Made by a program: the position numbers and the translations under genes. The notes below the pieces were generated by a model that worked only from the letters and a program-made list of their open reading frames with translations, had not been told where the DNA came from and did no database searches. Shown here piece by piece: positions 58,630-64,000 of a stretch of 64,000 nucleotides of DNA. This DNA comes from Acetatifactor sp. (lineage in GTDB: Bacteria; Bacillota; Clostridia; Lachnospirales; Lachnospiraceae), in NCBI GenBank assembly GCA_051880235.1, contig JBJENO010000036.1, positions 615-64,614 of the forward strand, given 5' to 3'. The first letter of the stretch is position 1. Each line of letters opens with the position of its first letter.

Positions 58630-59517
58630 TCAATCATCCAACCACTTATCATACTCATCTTTTGTTTCGTTCAGGAAGGTAATACCCAGAATGCCCGGTC
58701 CTGTATGCGCACCGATGGCACATCCGATTCTTCCCTCCAAAAGGCCTTTTACATGATACCGTTCCTTAAGCTGTTGCTTTATATACTCGGCAGACTCCAT
58801 TTCCCTTCCATATACAACGGCCACGATCTGGTTTTCCAGATTTTTTCCCTTCTCTCCAACCATATCAAGGATACGGTTTTGCGCCTTCTTCCATCCTCTG
58901 ACCTTTTCAACCGCCTTCAGGGAACCGTTTTCATCCACAATGATAATGGGCTTGATATCAAGCACTGTCCCGGCAAGGAAAGAGGTTCTGGTGAGTCTCC
59001 CTCCCTTAAACAGGTATTCCAGCTCCATCACAGTGACAGCATGCTCCATATGTTCACAGTAAAAATGCGCCGCCTCTATGATCAGTTCTTTCGGTGCACC
59101 ATTCTTTTGCATCTGCAACAGCTTCTCCACCACCAGTCCGTAACCCACCGACGCACATTTGGAATCGATTATTGTGAGCTTAAATTCAGGATATTCCTCC
59201 TTCACTTCCTCATAAGCAAGATTTGCCGCATTAAAGGTCCCCGCAATTCCCGTGGAAAAACAGATATAAAGCACTTCATCTCCTCTCTGTGCATAGGGAA
59301 GAAAATGCTCATAAAACATATACTGATTTATATGATATGTCTTGATCTCCTTCCCGGAAGCCTGAAGCTCATAGAACCGGTCAGGGAAAATTGTCTCTCC
59401 GTCAAAATAATCCGTTCCTTCGATCGTCACGGGTGTGGGCATTACATATAGATTATATTCCCTGATCAGACTCTCCGGAACATCCGATGCCGAGTCTGTA
59501 ATAATATAAAATGCCAT
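58630..59517 (-). CDS. DegV family fatty-acid-binding protein
   Basis: ITDSASD, FKGGR, IKPII and IGAHTGPG motifs. Confidence 0.93.
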   Translation of the reverse strand: MAFYIITDSASDVPESLIREYNLYVMPTPVTIEGTDYFDGETIFPDRFYELQASGKEIKTYHINQYMFYEHFLPYAQRGDEVLYICFSTGIAGTFNAANLAYEEVKEEYPEFKLTIIDSKCASVGYGLVVEKLLQMQKNGAPKELIIEAAHFYCEHMEHAVTVMELEYLFKGGRLTRTSFLAGTVLDIKPIIIVDENGSLKAVEKVRGWKKAQNRILDMVGEKGKNLENQIVAVVYGREMESAEYIKQQLKERYHVKGLLEGRIGCAIGAHTGPGILGITFLNETKDEYDKWLDD

Positions 59518-59642
59518 TCTTATTCCTCCTATTGGTCATTTCATCTGTTTACCTGTTCGCAGAAAAGGCCCTTTTGCACGCTGAAAATCAAGGTTTCTTC
59601 AAGAGTAAGCAGACGCTCTTATTGTGCACATTGTTCATACTC

Positions 59643-59671
59643 AGTGTAATCTTTTTTTCTGTAATTGGCAA
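59643..59671 (-). promoter_or_regulatory. sigma-A promoter of the DegV gene run
   Basis: TTGCCA-17-TACACT. Confidence 0.5.
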
Positions 59672-59687
59672 CTTAAATCTATGGATT

Positions 59688-60509
59688 TTAGCCGCTGACC
59701 ATTTTCTTTTCTTGACTCTTATTTTCTGCAGTCTTTAATATCATTTCAGGCAGTACCACATTTCGACCATAGTCATATTTTTCCTGTTCTTCCTCAGTTC
59801 GACCTACCAAAGCTGCCCCTGTAGCAGAATTATCTGATACAACCAAAAGCGCAACTGTCGGTATCTCCAACAAATCTGCCATAAGATAAAGAGACGCTGT
59901 TTCCATTTCAATTAAGTCAGTGTTGAACTCTTTTATTTCTTCAAGATGATAGTATTCTGCTGCAACTGAAGGTGTGCAGAATACAGATGCTTTCTTTAAT
60001 TCATAACCGCTTTCTTCCGCGATTCCGACAATACGATCGACAAATGCCATGTCAGGTTCTACCCTTTCAAAAGGGACAAAATCTTTGATGGAATCTTTCA
60101 GATAGGTATGTGCAAAGCCACCTGCAATCGAATAAGAAGGTGTACACAAATCGCCAAGCTCAAACTCCGGTTTCAATGCGCCGACTGCACCGATAAAAAT
60201 CATTTTATCAAAGGTTAGCTCTGCACATACCGCCACATGATCAATCAAATTAGAATCTGATGATGCAGTTTTTATCCATGCAATCTTCAGGTCATCTTTT
60301 TCAACGAGATATCCCGCAATATATGCGCCTTCCTTTAAGGTTGTAACCTTGCAATAGCTATCCATCTTAAGTTTATACGGAGAAAAGCTTGGTGCAACAA
60401 CCAGAGCATCGTAGTGTTCATTCTTATCAAGACCGAAAGCAAGATATGCCATATTATCGGAATTGTATTGATGAAATTTGTCCATAATTTCAATCATTCT
60501 CTTTTTCAT
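59688..60509 (-). CDS. Nucleoside phosphorylase family protein
   Basis: FIGAVGAL..GDL, IEMETA and VVSDN motifs. Confidence 0.85.
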   Translation of the reverse strand: MKKRMIEIMDKFHQYNSDNMAYLAFGLDKNEHYDALVVAPSFSPYKLKMDSYCKVTTLKEGAYIAGYLVEKDDLKIAWIKTASSDSNLIDHVAVCAELTFDKMIFIGAVGALKPEFELGDLCTPSYSIAGGFAHTYLKDSIKDFVPFERVEPDMAFVDRIVGIAEESGYELKKASVFCTPSVAAEYYHLEEIKEFNTDLIEMETASLYLMADLLEIPTVALLVVSDNSATGAALVGRTEEEQEKYDYGRNVVLPEMILKTAENKSQEKKMVSG

Positions 60510-60583
60510 GGTTGATTTCCCTCCTCAGATTTACTCTATGTATATGTTTCCGTATGTAGCAGCAGTGTGAATACGATAGTATC

Positions 60584-61135
60584 TCATCCCTCTTTACCTA
60601 CTTTCGTTAAGTCAATCCAATATCGTTCTAAGTAAACCTCCTCCTCTTCGCAAAAAACTGTTCCGTCATAGATACCGCCATTTTTTAGAATCGTTTTTCT
60701 GCTTCCTTCGTTATTATCAAGGCAGCAAACAAGTATTTTATCAAGATCTATACTTCTGCAGAAGGGTTTGATGTTCTTAAGCATCCAGGAAGCATATCCC
60801 TTTCGCCTTTCAGAAGGTCTTACAGAATATCCGATGTGTCCTGCATACTTTTCTAGGAACTCATTAAAATAATGCCTGACCTGAATCATCCCAACGAGTC
60901 TGCCATCATTTTTTCGAATGCACAAAAACTGCGATGCCACAACCAATCCCTCCGGTAAAGTATCCGGATTAAGGTATCTATTCACCATAGCAAGATACTC
61001 TTGCATATCATCATATCTTCTGAGCGGTCCACACCCATCCATTGAATCTCCCCTGTCAAGAAATTCCTTTTTGTAAGCCTTCAGTTCGGAAAAATATTCT
61101 TCCGATGGTCTTACAAACACCAAATCCTTTTCCAT
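60584..61135 (-). CDS. GNAT acetyltransferase (same family as the N-domain of 51677-52702)
   Basis: VRHY.N..GHIGYSVRPSERRKGYA..N.GS...I..NGG..RYWI. Confidence 0.92.
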   Translation of the reverse strand: MEKDLVFVRPSEEYFSELKAYKKEFLDRGDSMDGCGPLRRYDDMQEYLAMVNRYLNPDTLPEGLVVASQFLCIRKNDGRLVGMIQVRHYFNEFLEKYAGHIGYSVRPSERRKGYASWMLKNIKPFCRSIDLDKILVCCLDNNEGSRKTILKNGGIYDGTVFCEEEEVYLERYWIDLTKVGKEG

Positions 61136-61167
61136 CTTATTCATCTCCTTCATTTTGGAATATAAAA

Positions 61168-61194
61168 ACCACTTACCCGGAAAAGATAAGTGGT
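61168..61194 (-). terminator. Attenuator terminator (leader 2)
   Basis: ACCACTTA-tcttttccggg-TAAGTGGT-ttttat. Confidence 0.75.
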
Positions 61195-61226
61195 CAGCAT
61201 ATACAAATATTCTATATTCTGAAACT

Positions 61227-61337
61227 CTATTCTTCCCTGTATCCGCTATCTTCATATGCAACAATAAGACCATCCACGTGTCCCGCATGCTTGGCTACCA
61301 GATTGACGTATGAAGATTTGAATACAAATCTGCTCAT
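61227..61337 (-). CDS. Putative 36-aa leader peptide MSRFVFKSSYVNLVAKHAGHVDGLIVAYEDSGYREE
   Basis: RBS GAAAGGA; paralog of 52845-52949. Confidence 0.75.
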   Translation of the reverse strand: MSRFVFKSSYVNLVAKHAGHVDGLIVAYEDSGYREE

Positions 61338-61370
61338 CCCAAGAATTTCCTTTCAAAAAATATTGTGTTT

Positions 61371-61399
61371 AGATTACTACCGCAACTCGAAATTGTCAA
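61371..61399 (-). promoter_or_regulatory. sigma-A promoter (leader 2)
   Basis: TTGACA-17-TAATCT. Confidence 0.75.
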
Positions 61400-61519
61400 A
61401 CAATTTTATATATCAATGAATAAATTCACGTTTTTGAAATCATCATCCTGCATATATTGTCTGATAGAGAAGAAAAACGTTACATGTTACAAAAATCTAT
61501 TATGAAAACGGCTGATGTA

Positions 61520-61548
61520 TTGATTTTAGACTGCCACTTAGATATAAT
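61520..61548 (+). promoter_or_regulatory. sigma-A promoter of the AAA ATPase, flanked by repeated operator-like sites
   Basis: TTGATT-17-TATAAT; ACATGTTRCAAAAATCTATT at 61482 and 61565. Confidence 0.65.
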
Positions 61549-61599
61549 GGAGTAGAAAATTGCAACATGTTGCAAAAATCTATTGCAAGGAGACCTTGG

Positions 61600-62895
61600 A
61601 TGGAGATTCGCAGAGATTACTATTTGAATAAACTGATAAAAAGAAAACACAATGGACTGATTAAGGTGATTACCGGCATCCGCAGATGCGGCAAGTCCTA
61701 TTTACTGAATACGATTTTTTATCATCATTTGCTGGAAGATGGAGTGGATACTGACCATATCATCCGTTTCGCATTTGATTCGGCAGATGATCTTTACCTG
61801 ATTAGGGAAAGTCTGATCCGGATTGAAAAGGAAAAGCGTGGGGTTGATCCGGAAAAATTCATGGCTTATATCCGTTCCAAAGTCACTGATGAAGGAATGT
61901 ACTATCTGCTGCTTGATGAAATTCAGATGCTGGATTGCTTTGAAGCTGTTCTGAACGGCTACCTGCATAAAGACAATATGGATGTATTTGTGACCGGAAG
62001 TAATGCAAAACTGCTGTCCAAAGATATTGCCACAGAATTCGCCGGTCGTGGTGATGAGGTTCATATGTACCCATTGAGCTTTGCAGAATTTATGTCCGTA
62101 TATCAGGGCGATAAATACATGGGACTATCCGAGTATATGCTCTACGGCGGTATTCCTCCGGTTGTTCTCTGTGACGGTGCCGACGAGAAAGCTATTGCTT
62201 TACAAAATCTGTTCAATGAGATTTACATTCGGGATATTACTAAGCGAAACCGTGTGAAGAACATTGGGGAACTGGAAGATCTGCTGAATATCCTCTCCTC
62301 TGCCATTGGTTCCCTGACCAATCCCGAAAAATTAAGGAACACCTTCAAAACCGTGAAGAAATCCAAAATTACTTCTGCTACAATAAAAAAATATCTGGAT
62401 TATTTTGAGGACTCTTTCCTGATAGAAGCAGCCCAAAGATATGACATCAAAGGAAAAGCATATATTGAAACTCCAAAGAAGTATTACTTTTCTGACCTTG
62501 GGCTTCGTAATGCCAGAATCAATTTCCGTCAGTTCGAGCAGACCCATTCCATGGAGAACGTAATTTACAACGAACTCCGCATGCGTGGTTACAGTGTAGA
62601 TGTAGGTGTGGTTCCGATTGCGCAGAGAGATCAGGATGGTAAGGTAATCCGCAGGCAGCTGGAAGTTGATTTTGTTTGCAATCTCGGTTCCTCAAGATAT
62701 TATATCCAGTCGGCATATTCATTGCCTGACGAAGCAAAGCGCATTCAGGAAATCAGACCCTTCAGGAAAATTGACGATTCTTTCAAGAAAATCGTCATTA
62801 CCAAGGATATTGTTCAGCCACATTATGATGAATATGGCATTTTGACCGTAAACATCTATGACTTCCTGCTTGATCCGGCTTGCCTGGAAAAATGA
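61600..62895 (+). CDS. AAA_14 ATPase with DUF4143 C-terminus
   Basis: GIRRCGKS, LLDEIQ, TGSNAKLLS, KYYFSDLGLRN and LEVDFV motifs. Confidence 0.92.
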   Translation: MEIRRDYYLNKLIKRKHNGLIKVITGIRRCGKSYLLNTIFYHHLLEDGVDTDHIIRFAFDSADDLYLIRESLIRIEKEKRGVDPEKFMAYIRSKVTDEGMYYLLLDEIQMLDCFEAVLNGYLHKDNMDVFVTGSNAKLLSKDIATEFAGRGDEVHMYPLSFAEFMSVYQGDKYMGLSEYMLYGGIPPVVLCDGADEKAIALQNLFNEIYIRDITKRNRVKNIGELEDLLNILSSAIGSLTNPEKLRNTFKTVKKSKITSATIKKYLDYFEDSFLIEAAQRYDIKGKAYIETPKKYYFSDLGLRNARINFRQFEQTHSMENVIYNELRMRGYSVDVGVVPIAQRDQDGKVIRRQLEVDFVCNLGSSRYYIQSAYSLPDEAKRIQEIRPFRKIDDSFKKIVITKDIVQPHYDEYGILTVNIYDFLLDPACLEK

Positions 62896-63018
62896 TTACC
62901 TCAAAATCCCTTTCCGTTGGAAGAAGCTCTGCCGCACAGCCGTCATATCCAGAAAGCCGGGAGCTTCCTTTCCAAGCCTTTTCGTGATAGCCCCCAATGA
63001 ACTATCCCTTCATCGTGG

Positions 63019-63068
63019 CATGCTCCCACCACTTAAATCATAGCTTTTGAAGTGGGGGAGCATGTCAC
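63019..63068 (+). repeat. Imperfect palindrome ending in TCAC; possible IS200/IS605 right-end remnant
   Basis: CATGCTCCC.CCACTT...AAGTGGGGGAGCATG-TCAC. Confidence 0.4.
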
Positions 63069-63088
63069 TCATCCAAAATAATCACTTT

Positions 63089-63721
63089 TTATAATTTCAA
63101 ACATTTCTCTACTATCTGCATCGTTTCTTCAATGCTTCTGTTTTCGTCTCTCAATAACACCTGAAAACCGGAATGAAGAAACTTATTATAGTTCTCCTGA
63201 GAATTGACCTTTGCCAAGCACTTCCGAAAATTAGCTATCGCAGCCTCCGGATCTTTTTCCTTTAGCAGAAGCTGATAAAGAAACTGTTTCTCACTATCCG
63301 GTCTGTCAAAAAACCTTGATACTGAGATTGATGGGTCTGCCAGCATAATCATTACATGGTCTCTATCTGAAATTCTCTTGAGAGTTTCTAAGGAAATATT
63401 AGTATCCACAAATATTTTTTTGTCCGTAGTCCTCACTAATTCCTTCAATATTCGTAGTTCCAGTATTTCACCCTCTTTGGCTCCCCCTTCTATCCAACTC
63501 GCATACTCATCCGGTGTCCTTCTGATAAATTCTGCCCAATCCTTTAGATTCGCCGTATAACCAAGATTTGGAAACTCATTCCAATCAAGGTTATCCATTA
63601 GGGCTTCGTGATAATTCTCTTCACAGGCTATCCCATCATATTTTTCGGCAAGTCTTTTCACCATAGTCGATTTGCCTGCGTATGCTGTTCCATTGAAAAA
63701 ATACACGTTATCAAACTTCAT
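63089..63721 (-). CDS. P-loop kinase-like hypothetical protein
   Basis: NGTAYAGKST Walker A. Confidence 0.8.
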   Translation of the reverse strand: MKFDNVYFFNGTAYAGKSTMVKRLAEKYDGIACEENYHEALMDNLDWNEFPNLGYTANLKDWAEFIRRTPDEYASWIEGGAKEGEILELRILKELVRTTDKKIFVDTNISLETLKRISDRDHVMIMLADPSISVSRFFDRPDSEKQFLYQLLLKEKDPEAAIANFRKCLAKVNSQENYNKFLHSGFQVLLRDENRSIEETMQIVEKCLKL

Positions 63722-64000
63722 ATTTCTTAATCTCCCATAACATTAATATTGCGGTCGAAAAAGCCTCTTTTCCATGACCGTTTTCTGTAAACAAAATAAC
63801 CTCCACGCCAGCTTGCTTCTGTGATAATAGCTGTAAAGTCTTTGTATTCACATAATCATCCACTACATAAATGCTCTGCTGTTCCGCGAGCTCACCTCTA
63901 AGAACTGTAGCAAGCATATAAATACCCTGTTCGGTAAACGCATACGGAAGTTTTCTTTTTCCACCCCAACTTGAAGTCGCAATTTGCGACTTCAAGAACC
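63711..64000 (-). pseudogene. ORF6N-domain protein, apparently internally deleted and C-terminally truncated; 5' part lies beyond the window
   Basis: KSQIATSSWGG.RKLPYAFTEQG ORF6N motif joined directly to YVVDDYV..TL. Confidence 0.6.

Noticed and set aside
59590-59640. 16-codon uORF upstream of DegV
   Set aside because: No RBS, no clear terminator and no paralog to support it
61136-61288. N-terminal extension of the GNAT ORF in the track
   Set aside because: Crosses the terminator and leader ORF; the RBS-supported start is 61135
45806-64000. Integron, prophage or ICE
   Set aside because: No integrase, attC repeats, phage structural genes or conjugation genes in the window

Overview
A 64 kb chromosomal window from a sporulating Firmicute, most likely Lachnospiraceae (inferred from gene content and order). 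1-46 kb is mostly housekeeping: split Fe-S fumarate hydratase, HIT, rhomboid, a complete Tad/Flp pilus locus, bofA, glgB, rsmA, an MBOAT/DHHW pair that seems to have lost its catalytic histidines, a yfmM-like ABC-F, ABC exporters, a tandem MutS-ATPase-only pair, a DUF2975/XRE operon and two LytTR-DUF3021-ABC modules. From about 46 kb to the end is a mostly minus-strand run of accessory genes (GNATs, metallophosphoesterases, hydrolases). The strongest unannotated signal is two paralogous 5' leaders (52770-53010 and 61160-61399). Each has a sigma-A promoter, an unannotated 34/36-aa leader ORF (16 of 34 residues identical, 8 of them through synonymous codons, shared SGYR end) and a conserved intrinsic terminator, and each lies directly upstream of a GNAT of the same family. 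This looks like an undescribed ribosome-dependent attenuator family. Nearby are a third erm-like leader (MRKRYVSAQ) and a 2.6 kb insert flanked by ~105 bp direct repeats that encodes a sigma-region-2/WYL fusion and an AT-rich nuclease-like protein. No rRNA, tRNA, CRISPR array, integrase or transposase was seen. All family assignments are from motif recognition; no searches were run.
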